Shown: one piece after another, positions 29,701 to 38,309 of the stretch
Layout: the number at the start of each line of letters is the position of its first letter
How positions within the stretch are numbered: position 1 is the stretch's first letter
Assembly: GCA_965205015.1 (NCBI GenBank)
Contig: OZ242029.1
Location: 832,001 to 896,000 of the forward strand
Source: Candidatus Poribacteria bacterium
GTDB lineage: Bacteria > Poribacteria > WGA-4E > WGA-3G
DNA length: 64,000 nt
Direction of reading: 5' to 3'
Translations under genes and position numbers: made by a program
The notes under the pieces: model-generated
Databases searched by the model: none
Seen by the model: the letters and a program-made list of their open reading frames with translations, nothing else
What the model was told of the DNA's origin: nothing

Positions 29701-29847
29701 CAACCGAATGTCCCCTATTACTACCGGATAGAAGAGGTCTCGTTATCGGGGGAACGTCGGGGGGTGGCGACTGTGCGGCTACGCGGGCACGTTTCAGCAG
29801 CGAATAAGCTGCTTTGGAAATGGGCGGATGTCAAAACCGAGAAGTAA
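26710..29847 (+). CDS. Large secreted/surface protein: internalin-like LRR, Ig-like and two lamin-tail-like domains
   Basis: Signal peptide; VPDANLRAAI and DLTGLEYATGL (LRR); IFNEF..WIELKN and ISFSEVM..QWIELYN (lamin-tail), each closing in GTPG; PLPVTL..WTTASEMENAGF. Confidence 0.8.
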   Translation: MKTKLFPLFLIGVLLLLVPLRQASSQNVNVPDANLRAAIESALSLSAGDPITETAMAGLTTLTASGVGVEDLTGLEYATGLQHLDLSSNPITDISILTQTNFPNLKSLDITDTWVRDFSAIDGEYWTRKFNEDQSNNRLYICSNALENWDYDGNNDGDPLGKIDLQTFDWIDPADWTASDRERIKEQLEKPTCAPVFTLTGDDTSVRLVVDADADLLGTRGTVTYVYRYRKSGESWPDTSTDTLTPLWTGGFPHATPPGEDMEPNYQGVIEPTQVGEGGPEYAADITGLDPSAVYHFQVFGSVFAPGSPNRQIYPPGSEVKCWSTSDQSVVDCPEDPPPTTSIPHGLTVLTVTFADYPEEKPVDELTLTIRFSEPVIGFEKEDITVETELTSGKGDATVTDLTPETPIHPDRPDPDPIQTYTATVALPDRARGTVTLIVRADAATNPTETRGPASDTPSDPIEFGRRRVIVCPPSVVPMETVIFNEFRNAENDTHDWIELKNISDEDVSLAEWEISLVVPHAISPAAPQQEIFAMDREVVAFGDYTLPAGGILLIVNTHPSETDLIRGQDIENPNRNPDLLPHYLIAPEMKLPSTPYLIILRSVRDKNGQHEGFEDLAGDYHKDDVNYATNIWPLLCTPVYTGTEARFTVGDIYQRVMVPKFSSRTLDTTPQPEKRGYLEGAWILSDYHSGLGYDPEAPPEKSLGTPGYPLPGQPTEKGWGNISFSEVMYATNDNGGLSQWIELYNNTSEIVDLTDWELMIEARDSKTVRRWTSLRFKPLHIRPNATVLLVGRNARTSGNIPADRIYDLYRRNIAAFRRLGEGANRFLGWEGFALRLFSPDGTLVDVAGNLDGRQTHDKPKWELPDGWTETGTRTSLIRGYDARVPRLGTLSGSFVRAADTALLKGYSYWGLPNDNGTPGYRRGSPLPVTLSSVRADRAEGGVVVNWTTASEMENAGFHVLRSQHRASGFLRVSPSLIAGAGTTAERQNYIYRDTTVQPNVPYYYRIEEVSLSGERRGVATVRLRGHVSAANKLLWKWADVKTEK

Positions 29848-29945
29848 TCAGGGGCATTGCGTGAGAAATCGCGACCGGGAGGTCCCTCCTACCGGGACAC
29901 ATCAGGAAGCGGATTAAATGCCTCTGCGACGGCACATTAATTTTC

Positions 29946-29974
29946 TTGCTTTAAGTTGACAGATAGGTTAAAAT
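29946..29974 (+). promoter_or_regulatory. sigma70 promoter of rnpB
   Basis: TTGCTT-N17-TAAAAT about 7 nt before the P1 helix. Confidence 0.65.
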
Positions 29975-29981
29975 AGAAAGG

Positions 29982-30337
29982 CTTGAGTTGAGTAGACGGT
30001 CGCGTCCCATCGGGATGAGGAAAGTCCGGACTCCACAGGGCAGGATGCTGGGTAACACCCAGGAGCGGCGACGCTATGGAAAGTGCAACAGAGAGGAGAC
30101 TACAACGCCTACTTCATAGACTCAGTTGGGCGTTGTACAGGTGAAACGGTGCGGTAAAAGCGCACCAGTCCATAAGGTGACTTATGGAGCTTGGTAAACC
30201 CCGTCTGGAGCAAGGTAAATGGGGGATATATACAGGTGTGCCCGCCTCGTCCCCAGGTAACCGCTTGAGGTGGATGGTAACATCCATCCCAGATGAATGA
30301 TCGTCATATACAGAATCCGGCTTATTCTCAACTCAAG
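29982..30337 (+). ncRNA. rnpB: RNase P RNA (bacterial type A)
   Basis: GAGGAAAGTCCGG, GGAAAGTGCAACAGA, GTGAAACGGTGCGGTAA, GGTAAACCCC, GAGCAAGG, ACAGAATCCGGCTTA; terminal P1 helix CTTGAGTTGAG / CTCAACTCAAG. Confidence 0.97.
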
Positions 30338-31917
30338 TCCTTTAACGAGAATCCGCCGCCGCCCGGCGTTTCTATCCGAATGACATCACCCTCGCGCGTG
30401 GAAACAGATACCTTACCCGCTAATGGAGTTTCTTCTCCATCAGAAATTAGAACGTTGCGCCCCGGTTTTCCGGGTTCACCGCCTTGCAAGCCGTAGGGAC
30501 CCCGTTTTCGCCGTTCCGACAGGAGGGTAACCTCCGCATCCGTAAGAAGTCGCAGTGCCCGAATGACGCCTGCACCGCCTCGGAACTTTCCTGTCCCGCC
30601 TGTTCCGCGTCGAATTGCATACGCCGCTACCTGCATCGGATAGTTCGTTTCGATCGCCTCTATAGGTGTGTTCATCGTATTGGTCATATGCGTATGGATG
30701 GCATCAATTCCGTCTCGGTCTGGGCGCGCGCCCATCCCGCCTGCAATCGTCTCGTAATAAGTAAAGTCCTTCCCGCGCGAAGCATCATACCCCCCTATTG
30801 TGATATTATTCATAGTGCCGGAACTCGCAGCGGGAATCTGATCCGGACAGGCTTGCGCCAACGCCCCCAGCAAAACATCAACAATACGCTGCGATGTCTC
30901 AACGTTTCCCCCGGCAACCGCTCCCGGAAACCTCGCGTTCACAACGGTTCCCTCTGGGGCAACGACTCGAATCGGCTCCAAACACCCAGCATTGGCGGGA
31001 ACGTCTGCACCGGCGATACATCGAAAAGCATAAAAAACAGCGGAGAGTGTAATCGCGTAAATCGCGTTCACTGAACCTCGAACCTGCGGGTCGGTACCAG
31101 TGAAGTCAACCAATGCCGTATCGTCTTCGATCTCAATCGCGACCCGTATCTCAATAGGTTCATCGGTGATCCCGTCATTGTCAAGCACATCGGTGTATGT
31201 ATAGCGTCCATCCGGGATTTCCCGAAGGCGTGCTCTGACCATCCGACTTGCGTACGCGCAGAGTTCCTGCATGTACTCCGTAATTTCTGGCGCGCCATAC
31301 TTGTCCATCATCTCCTGTAATCGCCGTTCACCGACGCGGTTTGCGGCGAGTTGCGCTTCCATATCGCCACGGCGTTCCTCAGGCGTACGGACATTCGCGA
31401 GGATGAATTCCCAGAGGTCGGTGTCCAATTCTCCACCACGGATGAGTTTAACGGGTGGAATTCGGATGCCTTCCTGAATAACACTCGTCGCAATCGGCAT
31501 TGAACCGGGGGTCATCCCGCCCACATCGGCGTGATGGGCACGATTCGCAACAAAAAAGACGGGTTTACTTCCGGATTCGTTCTCACTCTCACCCGAGAAG
31601 ACAGGCGCGACAAGCGTAATATCGGGGAGGTGGGTGCCGCCGCGATAGGGGTCATTCAGCGCGATCATATCACCCGGTGCCATCTCGGTATGGGCAATCG
31701 CAGCGAGAACCGAAAGTGGCATAGAACCGAGATGCACAGGAATATGCGCCGCTTGTGCAACCATTTTACCCGTGTTATCAAACACGGCACATGAAAAATC
31801 AAGCCGTTCCTTGATATTCGGTGAGAACGCCGTGCGTTGTAGCGTTACGCCCATCTCCTCGGCAACCGAGGTCAGCATATTCTTGTAAAGTTCAAGTTTG
31901 ATTGGATCAGCTGTCAT
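30328..31917 (-). CDS. Hydantoinase B/oxoprolinase family protein
   Basis: SPNIKERLDFS, HIPVHLGSM, NDPYRGGTHLPD, TPGGGG. Confidence 0.93.
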   Translation of the reverse strand: MTADPIKLELYKNMLTSVAEEMGVTLQRTAFSPNIKERLDFSCAVFDNTGKMVAQAAHIPVHLGSMPLSVLAAIAHTEMAPGDMIALNDPYRGGTHLPDITLVAPVFSGESENESGSKPVFFVANRAHHADVGGMTPGSMPIATSVIQEGIRIPPVKLIRGGELDTDLWEFILANVRTPEERRGDMEAQLAANRVGERRLQEMMDKYGAPEITEYMQELCAYASRMVRARLREIPDGRYTYTDVLDNDGITDEPIEIRVAIEIEDDTALVDFTGTDPQVRGSVNAIYAITLSAVFYAFRCIAGADVPANAGCLEPIRVVAPEGTVVNARFPGAVAGGNVETSQRIVDVLLGALAQACPDQIPAASSGTMNNITIGGYDASRGKDFTYYETIAGGMGARPDRDGIDAIHTHMTNTMNTPIEAIETNYPMQVAAYAIRRGTGGTGKFRGGAGVIRALRLLTDAEVTLLSERRKRGPYGLQGGEPGKPGRNVLISDGEETPLAGKVSVSTREGDVIRIETPGGGGFSLKDLS

Positions 31918-31991
31918 TATGACGAAGGTGAGTTATATGGATGGATTGATATAGGTAGTTCAGATCCTCAAATCAGTAAGTGATTAAATCT

Positions 31992-32198
31992 TTAGTTCTT
32001 CACCAGAGCGATAATCGAGACAATCACAGCAATCACAGCACAACCGATAGGTATCCATTCCTTGAATGCTAAGCGTCTGCCTTTCAACTCTGCGACACCG
32101 GTTTCAACGTTTCGTAACCGGCTGTCAATACTCTCAAGCCGATTCTCAATTCTATCAAAGCCTTGCTTCATTAATCCGTAAAGTTCTTCAATAGTCAT
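31992..32198 (-). CDS. Small coiled-coil protein with C-terminal TM helix
   Basis: GAGGTG RBS; heptad pattern, then a hydrophobic tail; own TTGACT-N17-TACAAT promoter at 32232-32260. Confidence 0.65.
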   Translation of the reverse strand: MTIEELYGLMKQGFDRIENRLESIDSRLRNVETGVAELKGRRLAFKEWIPIGCAVIAVIVSIIALVKN

Positions 32199-32343
32199 GA
32201 TGTTCACCTCATGTGAACCTAAATTTTAAGAATTGTACTACATTTTCGAGAGAAAGTCAAATTCATTTTCAATCATCTCAATCCTTGCATTTTAACATCG
32301 CCTGCTATAATATGCAAGGAAAGATTCGTTAGGAGAACTCCAA

Positions 32344-33309
32344 ATGAAAAAAGTCAATATTGCGCTTATCGGCGCGGGCGGGATGGCAAACGGTGTCCAT
32401 TATCCGTCGCTCAGAGAGTGTGAAGATGTGAATCTTGTTGGATTGTGTGACGTAATCCCATCAAAACTTCAGGCAACAGCAGAACGCTTTGAGATTGAGG
32501 AAACGTTCACTGACTATAAACAGATGCTGGAGAAGACGAGTCCGGATGCGGTGTATATCCTCATGCCGCCGCAACATCTATTTCCGCTCGTCATCCACTG
32601 TCTCTCGCAACAGCATCACGTTTTTATTGAGAAACCACCCGGCGTTACACTCCACCAAACCAAGGAAATGGCACGCGCCGCAGAGAAAAACAACTGTAAG
32701 ACGATGGTAGGTTTCAACCGTCGCTTTATCCCTCTCTTGCGAAAGGTCAAAGCAATCGTCGAAAAGCAAGGTCCGATCCTTCAGTGCATGTCAACCTTCC
32801 ACAAAAACACACCCGACGCACACTATTACGACGGCGTGATAGATGTCCTAACATGCGATGCAATCCACGCCGTGGATGCACTCCGATGGCTTGGTGGTGG
32901 TGAGGTGAAAGCCGTCGCAAGCGACATCAACAGTTTCTATTCCGAGCGTGAGAATAGTTTCAATGCCCTTGTTAAATTTACCAGCGGTGCCTCCGGTTAT
33001 CTCTGTACCAACTGGGCAGTCGGCGGGCGTATCCATACATTTGAGATGCACGCGCGTGAGATTTCCGCCTATATTAATCCCGATGCCGGCGGACGTGCGG
33101 TCCTTCACACCCCCAACGGTACAACTGAAATTACCCCTGAAGACGCCGCGGGATCTGAGGCGACACATAGGTCTTACGGATTTTATGGAGAGAGCAGACA
33201 TTTCGTCGATTGTATTCACCAGAACCAGCAGCCGTTAACCTGCTTCGCGGACGCAGTCAAGACGATGGAACTCGTGGCAGCTATCTATCAAAACCGGATA
33301 GACGCTTGA
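32344..33309 (+). CDS. Gfo/Idh/MocA oxidoreductase
   Basis: IGAGGMA, EKPP, VGFNRRF, AIHAVD. Confidence 0.92.
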   Translation: MKKVNIALIGAGGMANGVHYPSLRECEDVNLVGLCDVIPSKLQATAERFEIEETFTDYKQMLEKTSPDAVYILMPPQHLFPLVIHCLSQQHHVFIEKPPGVTLHQTKEMARAAEKNNCKTMVGFNRRFIPLLRKVKAIVEKQGPILQCMSTFHKNTPDAHYYDGVIDVLTCDAIHAVDALRWLGGGEVKAVASDINSFYSERENSFNALVKFTSGASGYLCTNWAVGGRIHTFEMHAREISAYINPDAGGRAVLHTPNGTTEITPEDAAGSEATHRSYGFYGESRHFVDCIHQNQQPLTCFADAVKTMELVAAIYQNRIDA

Positions 33310-33331
33310 ACGCCCAGCACGAAAAATCAAT

Positions 33332-33347
33332 TGGCATCTTTCTTGCT
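33332..33347 (+). promoter_or_regulatory. Candidate sigma54 (-24/-12) promoter ahead of the dcw cluster
   Basis: TGGCAT-N5-TTGCT with exact GG-N10-GC spacing. Confidence 0.5.
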
Positions 33348-33387
33348 AAGATGATATTATAAAATGGTAGGGACCCTTGCGAACGCT

Positions 33388-34347
33388 ATGAATACACACC
33401 ACATACCCGTCTTATGTGATAAAGTCATTGATTTTCTCCGTCCAAAATCGGAGCGTGTTTACATAGATGGCACTGTGGGGTTAGGAGGGCATAGTGCTGC
33501 TATTTTAGAGACTTCCGCACCGAACGGACGCGTGATCGGAATTGATTTAGATGTTGAGGCTCTCAGTATCGCAAAAGGTAGATTACAGGTCTTCGGGGCG
33601 CGTTATTCTCTCATTAACGGCAATTTTGCTGAGATGGATGTCTTATTGGAAACCAGACACTCAGTTCACGCGGTAGACGGTATTCTGCTTGACTTAGGGG
33701 TATCTTCTCTGCAACTGGACACACCACACCGAGGTTTCAGTTTCAACCATACCGGTCCGTTAGATATGCGCATGAATCCACGGCAGGTGTTAAACAGCGA
33801 GCGAGAAGCGAGAATCCTTACAGCTATGCAGGTCGTCAACGACAGTCCAATGGATGCCCTCGTTGATATTTTTAAACGGTATGGCGAAGAACGATTCGCG
33901 AAACGGATTGCACATCGGATTATTCAGACGAGACAAAAAACACCGATAGCCACAACAACGCAACTCGCAGAGATTGCTAAGCAAGCCGTCCCCAAGAGCA
34001 GATCCAAAATTCATCCGGCAACTCGTATATTTCAGGCACTCCGCATTCATATCAACGCCGAATTGGAAAATCTCGCGATCGCTTTAGACGTTGCAATACA
34101 ACTTTTGAAACCGGGCGGTTGCCTGTGTGTCATCACATTTCATTCACTTGAAGATAGGATCGTCAAACACCATTTCCAGACCTGCGCACGGGCGTGCGTC
34201 TGTCCACCCAAAACGCCCGTCTGTATTTGTGAACACACCGCGTCTCTGGAAATTCTCACGAAGCGTCCCATAGTACCAGATGCCCTTGAAGTTGAAAATA
34301 ATCCGCGAGCACGCAGTGCTAAATTGCGCGTCGCTCGCAAGTTGTAG
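33388..34347 (+). CDS. rsmH: 16S rRNA m4C1402 methyltransferase
   Basis: HIPV, DGTVGLGGHS, DLGVSSLQLD, PLDMRM, FHSLEDRIVK, NPRARSAKLR. Alternative start at 33364. Confidence 0.96.
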   Translation: MNTHHIPVLCDKVIDFLRPKSERVYIDGTVGLGGHSAAILETSAPNGRVIGIDLDVEALSIAKGRLQVFGARYSLINGNFAEMDVLLETRHSVHAVDGILLDLGVSSLQLDTPHRGFSFNHTGPLDMRMNPRQVLNSEREARILTAMQVVNDSPMDALVDIFKRYGEERFAKRIAHRIIQTRQKTPIATTTQLAEIAKQAVPKSRSKIHPATRIFQALRIHINAELENLAIALDVAIQLLKPGGCLCVITFHSLEDRIVKHHFQTCARACVCPPKTPVCICEHTASLEILTKRPIVPDALEVENNPRARSAKLRVARKL

Positions 34348-34471
34348 GGTAAGGTGTCTCTACTTCGCGCCCTACCAAAGAAAAATGTATCTTAAATACA
34401 ATATTCAACGTTTAAAAAAAAGAGTTTTTGCCACCTGTGGAAGCACCCTCTCTCTATAGAATATTGAATAC

Positions 34472-34798
34472 ATGCAAACATTACATAATAGTCATTCGAC
34501 ACGCATTACCAATACAGAAGACCCAAAACCGAAAAGGAGATTCCCGTTAGCCTATATTGTTCTGGTGCTATCTTTCTGCACCTTCGCTGGCAGCATCTGG
34601 TTCTCATCTTACGCCAAAAAGGTTGCTTTGCATCGACAACCGACTTACGAGAGGCAGAAGCGTCAAATTCAGGACGAAATTCATCGACTTGAATTGAAAG
34701 AATCAACCTTAACGGGTGTCCAAAGGATTCGGAAAATCGCGACCGAATTCGGAATGGTTGCACCCACCGAAGCCTCACAAGTCGTCTGGGATAAATAA
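34472..34798 (+). CDS. ftsL: Cell division protein FtsL-like
   Basis: Lies between rsmH and the PBP; single TM plus coiled coil ending RIRKIATEFGM..P. Confidence 0.7.
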   Translation: MQTLHNSHSTRITNTEDPKPKRRFPLAYIVLVLSFCTFAGSIWFSSYAKKVALHRQPTYERQKRQIQDEIHRLELKESTLTGVQRIRKIATEFGMVAPTEASQVVWDK

Positions 34799-34972
34799 AG
34801 GAAGGGTTCCTGATACCACATACTCACATCTCTGTTGCTTTTGAAATCATCCTGTGCAATCTCTTTCTTCTTCGCTTAAGCGCAGTGTTCGTAATGAAAT
34901 GGAGAATGGATAAACGAAAAGGTACTTCAAAGTCGAAACCGAGCTGACCGAACCGCAAGGTATAATTAAAAA

Positions 34973-36757
34973 ATGAAAAATAATTCGCATTTATCTATTC
35001 CCCGACTGGCTTTCGTGCTTATTATACTTCAGATAAGTTTCCTCTTATTGATAGGTAAATTGTTCAAAGTTCAGATATCGAGCGATGTTGAACATCAAGG
35101 ATTCGCTGGACACCCTTGGGGCCCCGCGCGCACAGCAGCGGTAAAACGAGGCAAAATTTTGGACAGACACGGCAATGTTTTAGCCTTGAGCCGTCACAGC
35201 CTCTCCGTCTATGCCGACCCGAAGTATATGAAGACGGATCCGAGTGAAGCCGCGCGGAGACTTGCCCCGGTTTTAGGTGTTCCCGAATCCGAATTGCTGA
35301 CCAAACTTCGCCGCAAGGATAAACGGTTTGTATGGCTCAAAAAGGATATGGATTACGAATTGCTTGATGAGATTCGAGCAATTGAAAAAGACATCCGCGG
35401 CATCAAACATGAGGTCGAACAGCAACGCTCCTATCCGAAAGGGCAACTCGCCGCCCAAGTCATTGGACATATAAACGATCAAAATATGGGTGAGGGAATC
35501 GAGTACCAGTACAACAATTATCTTTTGAACGCGAGGCAGCGACAAGCCGCGCGGCGGGCAGAAGCCGCCCGTAACGAACCCATAAACTTGCTAACCAAGG
35601 GTGACTCTACCGACGATTATGGATACAGTGTCGTCTTGACTATTGACGAATATATTCAGCACGTCGCTGAAAAGGAACTAACAGCAGCCTGTCGAAAGTG
35701 GAACGCCCCACGAGGAACCGCCATCGTCTTGGCATCAAAAACCGCTGAAATATTGGCACTCGCTAACTACCCCTCTTACGATTTGAATCATTATACACTC
35801 GGGAGTGAGCAAGCAAAAAGGAATTTCGGTGTTTGGTTCGCGTATGAACCCGGCTCGATCTTTAAAATCGTTGCATCCTCCGCTGTCCTGAACGAAGGTA
35901 TTATGAGCCCCGAGTCAACGGTTTTTTGCGAGAACGGACGATACCAACTCCCAAACGGTAGAATCATCCGAGACGTATCCGGGAAAGGATGGCTTACCTT
36001 AGAAGAAGTCCTCCACAAATCGAGTAATATCGGTATGATTAAAGTCGTCAAGGAATTGGGATATGAGCACCTTAGTACCTACATCAACAAGTACGGCTTT
36101 GGAAAGGCAACCGGTGTAGACTTGCCTTATGAGCACAATGGAAGTCTTTATGCCGTAAAACACTGGGATACACACTCTCTTGGCGCCGTCCCTTTTGGAC
36201 AAGGGATTATGGTGACCCCTCTTCAAATGGTGAGTGCGCTAAACGTCATTGCGAACGGTGGAAAACTCCTCCGCCCACATATTACCCGAGAAATTCAGGA
36301 CAGTAGCGGAAAGGTGATTAAAAAGAAATATCCCATTGAAGTCCGGCAGGTCATCCGTCCGAGAGTCGCAAAACAGATGACTGAGATACTCGTCGGTGTC
36401 GTTGAAGGGGGTAGCGGCAGGCGGGCACGTGTTGAAGGCTATCGCGTGGCAGGAAAAACAGGAACAGCCCAAAAAGCTGAAAAACATGGGAAAGGCTACG
36501 CCGGAAAAGAGATTATGTCCTTTATGGGATTCCTACCAGCCGAGAACCCTATGGTCTCAATAATCGTTATGCTTGATGAACCGAGGGGGGCACGTTTCAG
36601 TGGACAAATCGCCGGACCCCTCTTTCAGCAAATCGCTGCGCAAACCGTGCAATACTTGAAGCAAACCGAGTTCTTCGGACCCGAACTTCAAAAACCCTCC
36701 GACTTCTCATCTGTTGTGAAAAAACAATCACCAACGCTGAAAGGAGAGGGGCTATGA
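34973..36757 (+). CDS. ftsI: Class B penicillin-binding protein (septal transpeptidase)
   Basis: RGKILDRHG, EPGSIFK (SxxK), KSSN (SxN), GKTGTAQ. Confidence 0.9.
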   Translation: MKNNSHLSIPRLAFVLIILQISFLLLIGKLFKVQISSDVEHQGFAGHPWGPARTAAVKRGKILDRHGNVLALSRHSLSVYADPKYMKTDPSEAARRLAPVLGVPESELLTKLRRKDKRFVWLKKDMDYELLDEIRAIEKDIRGIKHEVEQQRSYPKGQLAAQVIGHINDQNMGEGIEYQYNNYLLNARQRQAARRAEAARNEPINLLTKGDSTDDYGYSVVLTIDEYIQHVAEKELTAACRKWNAPRGTAIVLASKTAEILALANYPSYDLNHYTLGSEQAKRNFGVWFAYEPGSIFKIVASSAVLNEGIMSPESTVFCENGRYQLPNGRIIRDVSGKGWLTLEEVLHKSSNIGMIKVVKELGYEHLSTYINKYGFGKATGVDLPYEHNGSLYAVKHWDTHSLGAVPFGQGIMVTPLQMVSALNVIANGGKLLRPHITREIQDSSGKVIKKKYPIEVRQVIRPRVAKQMTEILVGVVEGGSGRRARVEGYRVAGKTGTAQKAEKHGKGYAGKEIMSFMGFLPAENPMVSIIVMLDEPRGARFSGQIAGPLFQQIAAQTVQYLKQTEFFGPELQKPSDFSSVVKKQSPTLKGEGL

Positions 36758-38304
36758 AACTTCATGAACTGCTCCGCGGACTTAACATTACCACAAGTTC
36801 TGGATCGCTGGATACTGATATTACGGGTGTTGTCAGCGACAATCGGAACGTCGAACTCGGTAATGCTTTTGTCTGTTATCAAGGCATCAACGTAGATAGC
36901 CATGATTTCATTCCAGATGCACTTCAAAAAGGAGCAGCAGTTGTCATTGGCGAAAAACCGATAACACCTATAGCGATACAAGGAACACCGACGACCTATG
37001 TGCAAGTTCCCTGCGGGCGCCGAGCCCTATCCTTGATCGCTGCCAATTGGCACGGAAACCCCGCAAAACACCTTAAACTCATCGGTATCACAGGCACCAA
37101 TGGTAAAACCTCAACGGCACACCTCATACACGCCATATTCAAGGCAAGCGGACAGAAAACAGCACGCATTGGAACGGTCGGCCACCAGTACACAAACGCC
37201 CAAGGCAAAGAGGAAACAGTCCCTGCCTCCCTCACAACCCCCGATGCGCTCGCACTCCACGCACTCTTCAAACAGTTTACGCAGGACGGTATAGCGTCCG
37301 TTACGATGGAAACCTCCTCCCAAGGGTTAGCACTGCAGCGACTGGCAGGGCTTACCTTCGATACCGCTGTTTTTACCAACTTCACTCAGGACCACCTCGA
37401 TTATCATCAAACGATGGAAGCATATTTAGAGGCGAAACTGATGTTGTTCAAGCAACTCCACAAGGAAGGCATCGCGATCTTGAACGGCGACTCACCCGTA
37501 GTAGCGCGCATCGCCGATGCCTGCTCTGATGTGCGCCTTTTGACGTACGGACTCGATAAAAAAGCAGATTTACACGCCGAGGATATTAATTTTTCTCATA
37601 ATCGATTGGCGTTTACAGCGGTTACGCCAGAGGGACGCATCCCCGTTAAGTTACGACTCCTCGGAGAATACAACCTTTACAATGCCCTTGCTGCCATTGC
37701 TGTTGGACGCCGTTACGATTGTCCGATCCCAGCAATTCAGGAAGGTCTCGCCGCGACTGTCGTTCCCGGTCGGTTTGAGCTCATTGATCAAAAACAGGAT
37801 TTCGCTGTCATCGTCGACTATGCACATACACCTGATGGCTTAGAAAATGTGCTGACTGCTGCTAAGCGCGTCGCTAAACGGAATCTCATCTGTGTTTTCG
37901 GATGCGGTGGCGATAGGGATAACGGCAAGCGTCCGAAGATGGGAAATATTTCTGCACAAATTGCGGATTATAGCGTGATTACCTCCGACAATCCGCGTAC
38001 CGAGGACCCTGATGAAATCATCGCGCAAATTGTGTCAAATTTACCACATGATACCAAATATGTGTGCATTCGCGAGAGGCGCGACGCTATCCACCACGCA
38101 ATCGCGACGGCAAAATCTGGTGATGTTGTTGTCATCGCAGGTAAAGGACACGAAGATTACCAGGAAATTAATGGTGAAAGATTTCCCTTCGACGATCGGG
38201 TCGTGGCTTCAGATTTTTTGGAAATGGCAATCAGCAATCAGCAGTCAGCAAAAAATGAAAACCTCTTAACTGATGGTGAACCGATGGTTTCCGATAGCCT
38301 TTAA
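36754..38304 (+). CDS. murE: UDP-MurNAc-tripeptide synthetase (meso-DAP type)
   Basis: GTNGKT, DHLDYH, DYAHTPD, DNPR motif, AGKGHE. Confidence 0.96.
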   Translation: MKLHELLRGLNITTSSGSLDTDITGVVSDNRNVELGNAFVCYQGINVDSHDFIPDALQKGAAVVIGEKPITPIAIQGTPTTYVQVPCGRRALSLIAANWHGNPAKHLKLIGITGTNGKTSTAHLIHAIFKASGQKTARIGTVGHQYTNAQGKEETVPASLTTPDALALHALFKQFTQDGIASVTMETSSQGLALQRLAGLTFDTAVFTNFTQDHLDYHQTMEAYLEAKLMLFKQLHKEGIAILNGDSPVVARIADACSDVRLLTYGLDKKADLHAEDINFSHNRLAFTAVTPEGRIPVKLRLLGEYNLYNALAAIAVGRRYDCPIPAIQEGLAATVVPGRFELIDQKQDFAVIVDYAHTPDGLENVLTAAKRVAKRNLICVFGCGGDRDNGKRPKMGNISAQIADYSVITSDNPRTEDPDEIIAQIVSNLPHDTKYVCIRERRDAIHHAIATAKSGDVVVIAGKGHEDYQEINGERFPFDDRVVASDFLEMAISNQQSAKNENLLTDGEPMVSDSL

Positions 38305-38309
38305 AAAAC

